From a virus, in IMG/VR virus record IMGVR_UViG_3300017766_005465, positions 32,001 to 96,000 of that record: a stretch of DNA of 64,000 nt. One strand, given 5' to 3'. This document shows, piece by piece, positions 29,368-39,700 of this stretch; the first letter of the stretch is position 1, and every line of letters starts with the position of its first letter. The notes beneath the pieces were generated by a model that saw only the letters and a list, made by a program, of their open reading frames with translations, was not told the origin of the DNA and made no database searches. The position numbers and the translations under genes were made by a program.

Positions 29368-29658
29368 TCAGCCGAAGATTAGGGAAGCTGTCTGGAAGTA
29401 GGTGATGCCCTCAAGCACCTCCTGCTTTCTCACGATGGACGCGAGGGTCTGGGGAACGGCCGAGCATTCCACCGATGACGCCGAGAGAAACAGGGGGGCG
29501 GAGTTCCCCAGGCCATCCTGAAGTTGCCCCTGTGACCGTCTCGTAGTCGTACTGAGATCGAATGGAATACCGTCGGTGTCCGGTTGGGCGTTGATGTTCG
29601 AGACTATAACGTTCGCGAACGTTTTTGATATCTCGAAGTCTTTGATGTTCGAGGCCAT
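29368..29658 (-). CDS. Small putative virion/fibre-anchor protein
   Basis: 96 aa; LQDGLGNSAPLFL motif resembles the N-terminus of 41428..42300. Confidence 0.55.
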   Translation of the reverse strand: MASNIKDFEISKTFANVIVSNINAQPDTDGIPFDLSTTTRRSQGQLQDGLGNSAPLFLSASSVECSAVPQTLASIVRKQEVLEGITYFQTASLIFG

Positions 29659-29694
29659 GGGGCGGTAAACTCCGGATTTTTAGTTTATAGAGCT

Positions 29695-29961
29695 ATGAGA
29701 ACTTTAAACGACTTGATAAGGATGACCAAAGCAGAACTCGCCCAACTGATCGAAGCTTACGCCGACTCCAAAGCCTCGGGGAATCGGTACCTCGTCCAGA
29801 AGATGATCGAGGAGCTGGAGCAGGCCCTCGACGAGGTCTGTGGCGGAACGGAGATTCCCCAACCCCCACTTCCTCCCCACGACCTGCCACCCCTCACCCC
29901 ACCGACCCACCCGGCACCTCCTCACCGCCCAGAGGAGATCCCCGCGATGGCGGGAGTCTGA
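29695..29961 (+). CDS. Hypothetical protein
   Basis: 88 aa; helical N-terminus, Pro-rich tail. Confidence 0.5.
   Translation: MRTLNDLIRMTKAELAQLIEAYADSKASGNRYLVQKMIEELEQALDEVCGGTEIPQPPLPPHDLPPLTPPTHPAPPHRPEEIPAMAGV
29702..29709 (-). promoter_or_regulatory. Putative late promoter box GTTTAAAG
   Basis: 43 nt upstream of ATG 29658. Confidence 0.55.
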
Positions 29962-29968
29962 TACCACC

Positions 29969-30337
29969 ATGGTGATCACGAGACTGCGCGCGGGCAACAC
30001 CCAGTTCCCAGAGTCGAAGGAGGTCGGGGATGCCGTCGTCCTCGCCTCCGGCGACATACTCTGCTGGGACGGAGGGATGTGGCAGCTCGTGGGAGGGAGG
30101 TTCCTGCTCAAGGAGGTCCGGGACCTCTTCCTCGACTACATCAGAGGTGGGTGGCCGGATAGGAGCAGTGCGCTCTTCGACCTTCCCACCATGCTGGATC
30201 TTAGCGTATTTCTGGTAGACGGAGCCCCCACCGAGAAGATCCTAACCGACCCGAAAATGGTTGAAAGGTTTATCAGCAGAGTCGTTGAGGTTAGCGAGAG
30301 ATGCGAGAAAAGCCTCCAGGCTCTAAGATCAGAGTAG
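29969..30337 (+). CDS. Hypothetical protein
   Basis: ATG 7 nt after the previous stop; codon usage like neighbours. Confidence 0.5.
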   Translation: MVITRLRAGNTQFPESKEVGDAVVLASGDILCWDGGMWQLVGGRFLLKEVRDLFLDYIRGGWPDRSSALFDLPTMLDLSVFLVDGAPTEKILTDPKMVERFISRVVEVSERCEKSLQALRSE

Positions 30338-30567
30338 TAGCGGAACACGTCGATCTTCCCTCTCTTGATAAGAAGTACCTGACCAACGACGTCTACGCCA
30401 TCTCCTACGAGGATGACGGGAGGGGGTACGTTGATCTAGCGCGGGGGAGGATGGTAGATGTCTTCGACGCCTACTACGATACTGGGTTCGTGGTGAAGCG
30501 GATCTGGCACGCTGGGGGGTACAGAAACCCCAAGCTCCACGAGTGCGAGCTCAGGGTCAAGGTCTGA
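30301..30567 (+). CDS. Small hypothetical protein resembling a conserved cyanophage family
   Basis: YAISY...YVDL...VFDAYYD...GYRNPKL pattern recalled from T4-like cyanophage hypotheticals (unverified). Confidence 0.55.
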   Translation: MREKPPGSKIRVVAEHVDLPSLDKKYLTNDVYAISYEDDGRGYVDLARGRMVDVFDAYYDTGFVVKRIWHAGGYRNPKLHECELRVKV

Positions 30568-30573
30568 GAGCTA

Positions 30574-30759
30574 CTAGTTCACGTGCTCGCTCACCGGCTG
30601 GGGGAGTGAAGAGAGTTGGAAATCCATCGCCTCGACGGCGCCCTCAAGCTTCAGTACGTGGGCCTCGCGTTGCGCCACGGCTTTGCGAAGCCGGTCGAGT
30701 TCCGAGCGGGCCTTGTCCAGCTGGGAGGAGAAGTTGTCTTTTAGTTCCTGGGGGTCCAT
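30574..30759 (-). CDS. Small coiled-coil hypothetical protein
   Basis: Heptad pattern with LKLEGAVEAM; preceded by variant box GGTTAAGG (30791-30798). Confidence 0.6.
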   Translation of the reverse strand: MDPQELKDNFSSQLDKARSELDRLRKAVAQREAHVLKLEGAVEAMDFQLSSLPQPVSEHVN

Positions 30760-30792
30760 AGGGTAGTGGTTGGGTTGACGTACACTAGTACC

Positions 30793-31547
30793 TTAACCTG
30801 GACTTGGGTTATATGTCTGTCCTGGCGCCAGAGCGTAAAACTCCGAGATCAGCACGTAGTTCCCACCGACTGCTCCTTTTGAGAACCTGATGTAACGGGC
30901 GGTGAAATCTACGGGGTAAGTATAAATACCATCGGCCGGAAAAACATTGGGAAAGGCCTGACTTCCGTGGATTCCCGGAGTCGTAAACGCATAGGTCCAA
31001 TTTGTTCCATCGCCTGAATACTCAATATCTCTATTTTCTGACCACGTCCTGTTCCATCCTCCCGGAACATTCGAAGTGCCCGTTCCCGTAAAGCTGTACG
31101 AGGTGGCCACGCCAACAAGAACCAGGCCTGGGCTGCCGTCTCCGTTAACTATCTGGCCCTGACCAAACGTAGCGGTCAGCACTCGAGCCACGCAGCGTAA
31201 GAGCAACGGTGTCGTTGGTGCCCGGGTTTATGATATTGGGTTTTGCTACGCTCGGTACTCTAAGTACGAAGCCTTCAAGGCTCAGATTTATACTATCGAG
31301 TAGGTCATCGATCTCGTTCCGTGTGTATACTGTATTCTTGTCCGCCTTAACACTCAGCAGGGTCAGTATCTCTGACTTGGTGTAGAAATCCTGAAAACTG
31401 TACTCCGCGACCAACGACCCCCGACACCGACCCCCGGTACACGTTAGGGTTCAACTGGAACGGTTGCTGGAAGGGGTTCTGGTTTAGCGCCTGGGAGGAC
31501 GTGGGAAGGATCCTGCTCACCCCACTGTCATTGCATGAGTTTGGCAT
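30793..31547 (-). pseudogene. Fibre-like gene split into three frames (N-terminus / YTKSE repeats / discoidin-like tip)
   Basis: Three overlapping ORFs, each offset +1; only the first has an ATG; the last has IEYSGDGTNWT..TARYIRF..ISEF (F5/8-type-C-like). Confidence 0.6.
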
Positions 31548-31550
31548 AGG

Positions 31551-32615
31551 TTACTCCGTGGGGGGTTGCGGGAGGGCGTTGATCTCGGCTTGAGTGAGAA
31601 CACGCGGGGGAGGTTCGAGTTCCGCTCTCTCGTCCAGCGAGGGCGTTGGAGGCTTCAGTCTGTAGGGTGCCGGGACCTCGACAAAGTGCCCCTTCGAGCC
31701 GATCTGTACAACATCGTAGCCTAGCGCCGGATCCTTCTCCCTCTGGTACTCCAGGCATCTATTCACTCCGGTGGGTACGCAGTATACGCGTTGCCAGGCC
31801 GGGTCGTTGTGGTCGAAGTTGGAATTGGATTCCAGGGTTTCCTGGGTGGCGGGGATGTCCTGCTTGGCTATGTACAAGCAGACCGCATCGCCACACTCCC
31901 CGTCCACCAGGACCTCGTCCCCCTCGCGGTAGAAGAACTGTCTTCTCACCCGGGCCTCTTTCCACTTATCGGACGAGTTGTCCCTGAGGCACTTCTCCAG
32001 CTCCGTGGTTGTCAGCTCTGGAGAGTAGCATACGCTGAGGCTCTGCTGGAAGAGTCCTGAGTCCCACTCAGCGGCGTAACTCCCCCACTCCTGGTCCATG
32101 AGCTTGAGGCTGTAGCGCTTGTACCTCTCCCTCAGCTCCTCGATGGTAGGGATGCCCGCCGGGATCGTTGTGTCTATGTAGCAGATCCGGGTCCACTTCG
32201 AGCGGTCGAAAGCTCTGCTCCCGGCCTCGATGTCCTCGTTGGCCTCGTAGAGACTGATCCTGTGCCCGTCCTCCTCGACGAGGAGCACCCTACTCCCCTC
32301 AGCGTAGGCCACTACGGCCCTGTAGGTGGCCACGCCCCATTTATCGTTTGTCTCCGAGAACAGGAGGTTCGGAGTTAGTTCGCTGATCTGCCAGGGGAAT
32401 TCTATGTCACCCCAGGACTTATAAAGCCCCTTCTGCGAGCTGTAGAAGGAGTAGTCGTTCAGGAGGTCGTCGATGCTCATCCCGCAGGTATTGACCTCCC
32501 TGGAACAACCCGCGTCCACAACGGTGCCCTCCCCACCGGCCTCCTCGACGGCGGTTTTCTGATCCTCAGAGAGCCGCTCGAAGCATCCTCTGAAATAGAG
32601 GTTGGAGAGGGACAT
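31551..32615 (-). CDS. Cys-rich hypothetical protein with two CBM5/12-like repeats
   Basis: YAEGSRVL..YEANEDI..KWTRI and YREGDEVL..YIAKQDI..AWQRV; 10 Cys; downstream of the tube gene. Confidence 0.55.
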   Translation of the reverse strand: MSLSNLYFRGCFERLSEDQKTAVEEAGGEGTVVDAGCSREVNTCGMSIDDLLNDYSFYSSQKGLYKSWGDIEFPWQISELTPNLLFSETNDKWGVATYRAVVAYAEGSRVLLVEEDGHRISLYEANEDIEAGSRAFDRSKWTRICYIDTTIPAGIPTIEELRERYKRYSLKLMDQEWGSYAAEWDSGLFQQSLSVCYSPELTTTELEKCLRDNSSDKWKEARVRRQFFYREGDEVLVDGECGDAVCLYIAKQDIPATQETLESNSNFDHNDPAWQRVYCVPTGVNRCLEYQREKDPALGYDVVQIGSKGHFVEVPAPYRLKPPTPSLDERAELEPPPRVLTQAEINALPQPPTE

Positions 32616-32636
32616 ATTTATCCTTACAACTAGCGA

Positions 32637-33065
32637 TCAATTGTAGGTAAATGTATCCATCACGAACGTTAGTTCGAGAGTAGAGACGTTGGAGGAAGCG
32701 CGGTCGGCTGCGCCGAAGTTCAGGCTTGTCATCTGCGCGTCGGGGATGGTGATGGTGCGCTGGCCGATGGGCTGCGGGTCCTCACCACAGGACACGGGAG
32801 TGATGGTCAGGGTCACAAACTCGCAACCGTAGGCCTTCCAGAAGTCCACAACGTCGGCGTGCTGCTCGGGGTCAAAAGGCACCGAGACGGTCACTTCTGT
32901 CAGGGTGCGGGGTCCCTTGAGGTTGAAGATGCGACCACGAACCCCGTCCGCGTACTGAGAGGTGCCAGCGGTGTCGCGAATTCCGCTGAAGTTAGTGAAG
33001 TAGTGCTGGAAGGGAGAAGCCTGGATCCAGAACTGCGACTGTGTTACCGGCTTGTATGATAGCAT
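32637..33065 (-). CDS. Tail tube protein
   Basis: 142 aa; FTNFSGI..QYADG..KGPRTLTEVTV..DRASSNVSTLELTF matches T4 gp19/contractile tube pattern. Confidence 0.75.
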   Translation of the reverse strand: MLSYKPVTQSQFWIQASPFQHYFTNFSGIRDTAGTSQYADGVRGRIFNLKGPRTLTEVTVSVPFDPEQHADVVDFWKAYGCEFVTLTITPVSCGEDPQPIGQRTITIPDAQMTSLNFGAADRASSNVSTLELTFVMDTFTYN

Positions 33066-33097
33066 GGCGGGATAAACTTACACAGGTATCTATCGAT

Positions 33098-33105
33098 ATT
33101 TAAAC
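33098..33105 (-). promoter_or_regulatory. Putative late promoter box GTTTAAAT
   Basis: Intergenic, 32 nt upstream of tube ATG. Confidence 0.6.
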
Positions 33106-33123
33106 TAAGCCCACCCCCCTGAA

Positions 33124-35064
33124 TCACATCAGGTATGGCGCAAAGTACTTCCAGTAACCCGCCTTCCTGCAGTCGATCACCACGCACTCCTTATGCACCA
33201 CAGAACGGTTGAGTCTGTAGATTCTCTGGTAGAGGTCGAGAAGTTTTGTGGTCTCGAGTACGTCTATATCATCCACTCTGATCTGGTTCTCCACGCTGTG
33301 CAGTTCCATGCTCAGGGCGCTGAGCGCTATGGACTGGTCGGGTCGCAGGTACGGCACCTTCTTGACTTCCTCGACGAGCCTTCTGGAACCGTGGGCGATC
33401 TCGCCTGGCGAGGTGTACTCGTCGATGTGGATCCTGGACGCGGAAGCCTCCGAATCCCCGCTATCCGAGACGATACGCTGGAACCCGACATCGTCCAGAG
33501 CTCCGTCGAACTTGGACGCTATGAGCTTGGCGATCTTATCCTTCTTGGTCTTGTCGGACGTATCCCCGTCCTCATCGTAGTCTCCCTCGGAGAAGTCGAA
33601 GAGGCTGAGCATGTCCGACTGGTCGGCTCCGAACGCCCCCATGGCTCCGTTCGCTGAATCGTTCATCTGCTCCGGGGTCTTCGGTTCGGACATGGGCGCT
33701 GCGCCCGCGGCCGGTGGGGCACCGCCCATGCCCATCATCGCGGCCTGGTCGACTTTGCCCAGGGACGGGATCTCCAGCTTGTCCCTCATCCAGTCAAGGT
33801 CCTTGACCTCGTAACCCACGGCCTGGAGCTGCGTCAGCATCTGGACGATCTTGACGGGATCCTCGCGCTGCTCTAGATCATCAAAGTTTCTACGAAGTCT
33901 AGGAACGGAGACACCCGGATAGTTAAGCTCAACAATCCAACGTATAAGCGTGGCGTTAATTGTCTCATCTAATTCCTCTGAGAAGGTTTTTGCTTTACGC
34001 ATCCTCAACGAGTCGGATACCTGGTCCCGGGCGTACGAACCCACATTACCGGTCTCCTGCCCCACCGTATTCTCGCCGTTGAGGACAAAGGATATCTGCT
34101 GATCGACGTACTCGATGAGCTTCTCGTACACCTCCGAGCGACCCTGGCTCTCCAACCAATCCACCTCCATCTCGTCGGGGATCACGATCGCGGTCTCCTG
34201 ACCCAGGCGCTGAAGCGCCGTGAATAGTGATGCCACCTCCTCGTCGGGAGTGCCCAGGGAGAATTTGCCCACCGCTGTGGGGGTGGTGTGCTTATCCGCG
34301 TACTGGAGCCAGAACGACATCAGCGTACGTCTGAACTCAACAAGGCTGTAGAGCTGACGCCCCAGACCCGTGCCGTACGGGTCCATGAAGTTGCTATAGG
34401 ACCAGTGCCTGTGTATGACCATCGAACGCAGGGGCAGTGGTATGCCCTCCACCGGCGAATCCACCGTCATCAGGCGCGGGGACATAGTCCCGTCCTCGTT
34501 CAGGACAAACTGGAACCTGCGTGGGTCGCGTATCTTGATCTCCGACGGGACGATGTAATTGCCCTGCCTCATCCAGCAGATCTCTCCTATCGAGATGCCG
34601 AGGATCATCGACTCGCACATCCCGCGGATAAACGTATCGAACGCGGAGTTGGACGTTACCAGCATCTCCTTGCCGTAGGCCTGCCGAGTATTCGTGCCCA
34701 TGCGCTTCAGCACCTGACGGACGAACTCAGCGACCTCCTCGTCGCGATCGGAGGGGCTGGCGGGATCGATCTCCCACTTGCGCTGGACGATCTCCCCGAT
34801 GATCTTTTCCCAGGCGGCGATGATGTGACTGTCATTGAACAGTCGCATGTACTTCTCGATCGCTCGCGGGCCGCCACCACCCTCCTCGATGAGGATGTCG
34901 TCGCGACGCGGGAGGATAGTACCCGAGTTGAGGTAGGGGGCCGCTGTGAAAGCGTAAGGATCGGCCTTGTAACCCGCTAAGCTGCCCTGAGCTATGCCTA
35001 GACTGAAGTATCGGTCGTAGTAGCCAGTTTTAATCTGCTTCGCCGCCTGACGATTCTCAGTCAT
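33124..35064 (-). CDS. Portal protein, Mu gp29/DUF935-like, with C-terminal extension
   Basis: DSHI..GISIGEICW; PYGTGLGR; FWLQYADKHTTPTAVGK; ISFVLNGEN; GSYARDQV; LIRWIVELNY. Confidence 0.9.
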   Translation of the reverse strand: MTENRQAAKQIKTGYYDRYFSLGIAQGSLAGYKADPYAFTAAPYLNSGTILPRRDDILIEEGGGGPRAIEKYMRLFNDSHIIAAWEKIIGEIVQRKWEIDPASPSDRDEEVAEFVRQVLKRMGTNTRQAYGKEMLVTSNSAFDTFIRGMCESMILGISIGEICWMRQGNYIVPSEIKIRDPRRFQFVLNEDGTMSPRLMTVDSPVEGIPLPLRSMVIHRHWSYSNFMDPYGTGLGRQLYSLVEFRRTLMSFWLQYADKHTTPTAVGKFSLGTPDEEVASLFTALQRLGQETAIVIPDEMEVDWLESQGRSEVYEKLIEYVDQQISFVLNGENTVGQETGNVGSYARDQVSDSLRMRKAKTFSEELDETINATLIRWIVELNYPGVSVPRLRRNFDDLEQREDPVKIVQMLTQLQAVGYEVKDLDWMRDKLEIPSLGKVDQAAMMGMGGAPPAAGAAPMSEPKTPEQMNDSANGAMGAFGADQSDMLSLFDFSEGDYDEDGDTSDKTKKDKIAKLIASKFDGALDDVGFQRIVSDSGDSEASASRIHIDEYTSPGEIAHGSRRLVEEVKKVPYLRPDQSIALSALSMELHSVENQIRVDDIDVLETTKLLDLYQRIYRLNRSVVHKECVVIDCRKAGYWKYFAPYLM

Positions 35065-35072
35065 GCACGTCC

Positions 35073-35324
35073 CTACTCTGTCTGGTTCTTATCTGATTCT
35101 TTAAACTCCGAATGTTTAGAACGATCTACGTAGACAACCTCCGCGTTCAGGATGAAGTCGTACAGTTCGTCGACGGATATCTCGCCTTTCTCGTACTTCT
35201 CGATGTACTCGTCCGCCCCGTCTACGATGACCGGCTGGGAGTTCGTGAGGATATTTACCCCTCTTTCCACTCCCTCTGGGCTTCCCGGGTCTCTTGCTGT
35301 ATCTTCTCGAGCTGTGCTTGCCAT
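35073..35324 (-). CDS. Hypothetical protein
   Basis: 83 aa acidic ORF; overlaps the upstream gene by 70 nt. Confidence 0.5.
   Translation of the reverse strand: MASTAREDTARDPGSPEGVERGVNILTNSQPVIVDGADEYIEKYEKGEISVDELYDFILNAEVVYVDRSKHSEFKESDKNQTE
35099..35106 (-). promoter_or_regulatory. Putative late promoter box GTTTAAAG
   Basis: 34 nt upstream of portal ATG. Confidence 0.6.
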
Positions 35325-36232
35325 TTTGGTTCGTATGAGCTAAGGTAGATGTGCCACTTCTTAGGCCACTCACTCTCGGAGAATTTGTGCTCCAGTTCCT
35401 GAGGGCGCACGGTTGTGAAGGTCTTGCGTAGGGAGCAGACTCCAGCCGCCACAAAGTTGAATCTGTTTTTCAGGTAGTACTTCTCCAGAACGTCTAGGGA
35501 GACGTACGGGAAGTTTCTCTCAAACTCGGAAAAAAGAGGCGAGTTCTTCACATCAACTTTAGACTCCTCCTCGGCCTTTTGCGAGACGTACTGGTAGGAC
35601 TCGTCCAGAACATCGGAGATGAGGCTGGAGTTGAAGGGGCACGATTCGTAGTCGTTGATCTCCTTCCAGAAGACCTTGAGCGATTCGTAGGCCGCGGTGA
35701 TGGAGTGCTTAGAGAACTTGGAGAACCTGTCCCTGAGATCCTTGCGCAGTGTCTCGACGAGGTGGGAGTCCTGTGCCTCGGGCCACTTGGCGATGCGATG
35801 GGCGCATCCGCTAGCCCAGAGGAATGCCAGGAGTAGAGTCTTGATCCTTCCCTCCTTCAGGTCCTTAAGAGGAACCACGTCCTTCTCCTGGAGGTGGGAG
35901 TACCACTGCTCGAAGAGCTTAGAGGAGCGGTCGCTAGCTCCCTCCCACACCTTGGTCTTGGAGATCAGGCCGATGTGCTTGTCCCCGCAGGCCCCGTACG
36001 AGGTCAGCTCGTTGAATCTGCGGTCCTCCATAGAAGGACCCCCCGCACCGGACTCAGGGGCCTTGGAGCCCCCTCCTCCGCCTCCTCCGCGTCTGGAGGC
36101 GATCCGTAACTCCTCGAGTCTTACCTCGTGGGAGAAAGTGGCCTCCGTCTTCCAGCGATCGTGCTCTAGGAGCAGGCGAAACTGCTCCTCACTTAGCTGG
36201 GGAGTCAGAGCCAGTAGTCGATCCAGTTCCAA
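35255..36232 (-). CDS. Hypothetical protein
   Basis: 325 aa; TTG start; poly-Gly linker; genome-typical codon usage. Confidence 0.6.
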   Translation of the reverse strand: MELDRLLALTPQLSEEQFRLLLEHDRWKTEATFSHEVRLEELRIASRRGGGGGGGSKAPESGAGGPSMEDRRFNELTSYGACGDKHIGLISKTKVWEGASDRSSKLFEQWYSHLQEKDVVPLKDLKEGRIKTLLLAFLWASGCAHRIAKWPEAQDSHLVETLRKDLRDRFSKFSKHSITAAYESLKVFWKEINDYESCPFNSSLISDVLDESYQYVSQKAEEESKVDVKNSPLFSEFERNFPYVSLDVLEKYYLKNRFNFVAAGVCSLRKTFTTVRPQELEHKFSESEWPKKWHIYLSSYEPKWQAQLEKIQQETREAQREWKEG

Positions 36233-36650
36233 GCTTACGTAGTTCGACGTCTATAGTAGCAATTATATCACGATAGGACCACGTGTCAACGATCTTGTGA
36301 AAAATCTTAGGATCCATACGTCGCAGATCCACGCCATCCCTTAGGATGTAGTTTAGTCTCTCCCAGACGGACTGACCCGGCTCCTCGTAGAGGAAGACAA
36401 CCGGACCGTCAGCGCTCTCGGAGAAGGAAAGCACCTTGAAAAGTTCGGATAGCGTGGCGCAGTCGTAGCCACAGAACACCACAAACGAGGTGGTCTTGAT
36501 GAGAGCGTCGGTGAGTCCCTGGCGGACCTTCAGTTCAACTCCATCCTTCTCGGCTAGTATCTGCTCGAGATGAACAGCCATCTTATTCAGGTCGGAGGAA
36601 TTGTTCACCGCTCGACTCTTGATTAGGGTCACCGAGACTTTGGACTGCAT
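36189..36650 (-). CDS. Degenerate LOG/SLOG-fold protein
   Basis: SFVVFCGYDCATLSELFKVLS..PVVFL..WERL aligns by eye to LOG AFIxxPGGxGTLEELxE..KPIxL..W. Confidence 0.55.
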   Translation of the reverse strand: MQSKVSVTLIKSRAVNNSSDLNKMAVHLEQILAEKDGVELKVRQGLTDALIKTTSFVVFCGYDCATLSELFKVLSFSESADGPVVFLYEEPGQSVWERLNYILRDGVDLRRMDPKIFHKIVDTWSYRDIIATIDVELRKLGTGSTTGSDSPAK

Positions 36651-36672
36651 AACTTCTTGTACGTTCTCATAG

Positions 36673-36693
36673 CTTTAAACCTCAAGTTTAAAG
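36673..36693. promoter_or_regulatory. Back-to-back divergent late promoter boxes
   Basis: CTTTAAAC (36673-80) and GTTTAAAG (36686-93) between divergent genes 36650(-) and 36709(+). Confidence 0.7.
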
Positions 36694-36708
36694 TTTAGCA
36701 GATTTGTC

Positions 36709-39700
36709 GTGTCGATGACCTCAGAGCTTCTAGAGAGTGTCCGTATAAACGCTCAAAGCCTAGTATCCAAGGGTCTTCTGGCCTACGAGGTGGCGTTTGG
36801 AAAACTGAAGGTGGATCTCTCAAGGCAGAGATTCCTCAGTTCCGGACTGAGGCTCCTCAACGTCCTATTGGACAGAGTGGGGGCGAATGAGCAGGTGTCC
36901 ATCTTCCCGCTCAAGTCGGTGCTGATCAACGTGCTATCCGACCTGGACTTTGACGTCGAGACGGTGCAGAATCTCCTGCCCTTCCTCCTTGAGGAGGTGC
37001 TGTCTTTTCTCAGGTCCAAACCCACCTACGACGCCAACATAGCCGGATCGCTCAAGACCTACTTTGCGCTCATAGGTGAGAATGCTGGGGATTTTACGTT
37101 CTACTCGTCGTCGGAAGCCACTGATATACTTAGAGCGCAGCCCGAGTACCAGTACTCGGAAGCACTGTACTCCGTGACCCCACTCGAGTACAACAACAGT
37201 AGTGGCAAGGTGTACACTTTGTTCACTGAAGAGCGGTACTGGGAGGTTTTCTCGTCGCAGACCGACACCACCTCCTACTCTCCTCTGGGGTATAATAGGT
37301 TCGCTACGCAATTGGGTCTGTCTCAGTACCGCATTTCAGTATCCTACTCCCCACTCGTGGTGTTTGAGGGAGAGTTGTACAAACTACGACCTGAGGTGAC
37401 TTCGCCCCGTCGCGATTACTTCGACAACACCGAGTGGGTAAAGTACTCCTCCAGACTATTTAACAACGCAAAGTCCTTTAGAAATGTTCTGAAGTCCAAC
37501 GTTCGGGACGCTTTTGGTAAATTCACCGAGGCCGGCTTCGACTCCAACGAGATAATCTCTGACTCGAAAGTAGCTGAGTACTCTAAGACTCAGAGCGTGG
37601 ACGAGAACCTACTACCCTCAACGTTCGGGGGCGTCGGGAAGCAACTGCTGGATTCCATAAAAGACCTTAAGAACCTATCCGACTCCTTTGGGTCCTACGA
37701 GGGCTCCCCGGTGGGAGGCGTGGATTACATCACCAGAGTCTCGGAGTACTTATTCGCATCCTGTTTTGGAAGGAGCATTCCGGAGATCTTCAGCCTCTCC
37801 GGCGGAGATTCAGCCTTTGGCAGGTTCGACGTTCTCTACAAAGCGTCTCCGAGCCCCAATAAGATGCCAGGGCTGAAGTTCCTGGATCCTTTCGGCTCCC
37901 TGAGGTCGTTCGTGCACTCCCAGAAGGTTCCCGAGGGCACCGTGGAGGCGAGCGGGAAACTCATCTACAACCCCGTCTACTCCCAGTTCTACGACGGTCT
38001 AGAGGACCGATTTGACTCCCTGGAGGAAGCCGGATCCTACTCGGAGCCTCCAAGCGTGGACATCCTGCTCTACTCGCTGGAGAGCATCTACCGGAGAAGC
38101 CTTATCGTCGGGGATACCGTAAAAGCGGTGGTGAATTCGCTGGACGAGAGGGGCCGCATACCCGGATACGAGGGGTTGGGTTCGGTGCGGGTTCAGATGG
38201 AGGAGTTTCAGAGGGTGTTTCCCCCCGGAATGTACTTTCTAGACTACGGTTACGACTCCATCAGAGGAGGGCTTACGGGCTCCATCAAGTACCTCCTGGA
38301 TAACTACTCCAGGTTCTCCGCCGCGACTGTCAAACCTGTACTGCCAGGAAAGTCCCTGGAGTTTTTCGGAACGTGGGTAGAGAGCATCTCGGGGAAGGTG
38401 GGAGAGATACTGGATGTGATGAGAGGGGTCGGGATCTCCACCTCCGAGTTCATACCCAACATCTCCTTCAAAGCCTACGAGGCCAGTGATAGGAAACTGG
38501 TGGAGTTCCTGAGATCCCTCGGGTTCAGGGATTCGGAGGTGGATAAACTGCTACAGGTGGAGTCTTTCTCGCAGTTGGTGAGTAATTTTGCTCCCATCTC
38601 CGACTCGTCGGACCTCAAGTCATTCTTCAAAGCCTACGAGTTGGCCCAGCTCGTCTACGAGTTTGGTGGGCAGGAGGCCGTGGACGCGTACCTCTCCTTC
38701 CTCTATACCAGTGGTTCGGTGGATTCGCTTCTCAACATACTGAAGCTTTCGGAGAAGGATAAGTCCAGACTAACTTCGATCAATATAAATCGCTATCCTA
38801 AACTTATAGGGTTACTTATCGGCTTGACCTACGCTGTAGATCCGGGACAGCTTGTGAAGTTCAACAAGATACTTGGAAAAAATAACCTCACGCTGCTGGA
38901 ATCCATATCCTTCATCTACCAGAATGGCGAGTCTACCATCATAAAAAATAAGCAGGATGTGCAGATCCTCCAGCCTCTTGTCGAGCAGATGATAACAGGA
39001 GTGTACAAAGACGACGCGTTTGCCACTCCCACCATGACCTACGAGCAGGCAAACTCAGTGGTGCCCATCGCGCTGAAGCAGTGGACTAAGATAATCGGAG
39101 ACAACCTTGGTAATGTGGGGTCCCTGGACATTATCGACTCCCTGTACGATAAGGCGAGAGGGCTTACGCCGAAGGAACTGTTCTCCGTGCTCAACGGTCC
39201 GTCCTCGCCTACAGAGCTAGGTCACGTACTGGACGGGTTCTCCGGCGGAGTGTTCACCTCTTTTCTGAGGTACGCTAGCCTAGCCGGTCTTGGAGTCAAA
39301 CTTAGCAACTACAAAAACTCCTACCAGGTAAACAACTTCCAGGTGGATACGGAGAACAAGACCAACGCCCTCCTCAGGATCGTGGATAATCTTGAGGAGT
39401 TTTCCAAGTACCTGTCGATCGTCAAAAACATCTTCAGCTCCGAACTGGATTACAACTTCTCGTATACTTCGGACTTCTCTAAGGTACTGGGGCCACTCGT
39501 CCTATCGCAGAACAAAACCTACGGCACCCTGCCGCAGCTCGTGTCGTCTATGGCCGGGGGGAGTAGCATGGCGGGAATGACTAGCGTAGCGAGCACCGCG
39601 CCCATCTCCGAGTCGCCTGGAGTCGGGAATTCCAGACTTCCCAATCGCGTCCCCGCAAAAAACTCGGTTACTTCGGAGCAGGCTACGGCCATCGCCGGCG

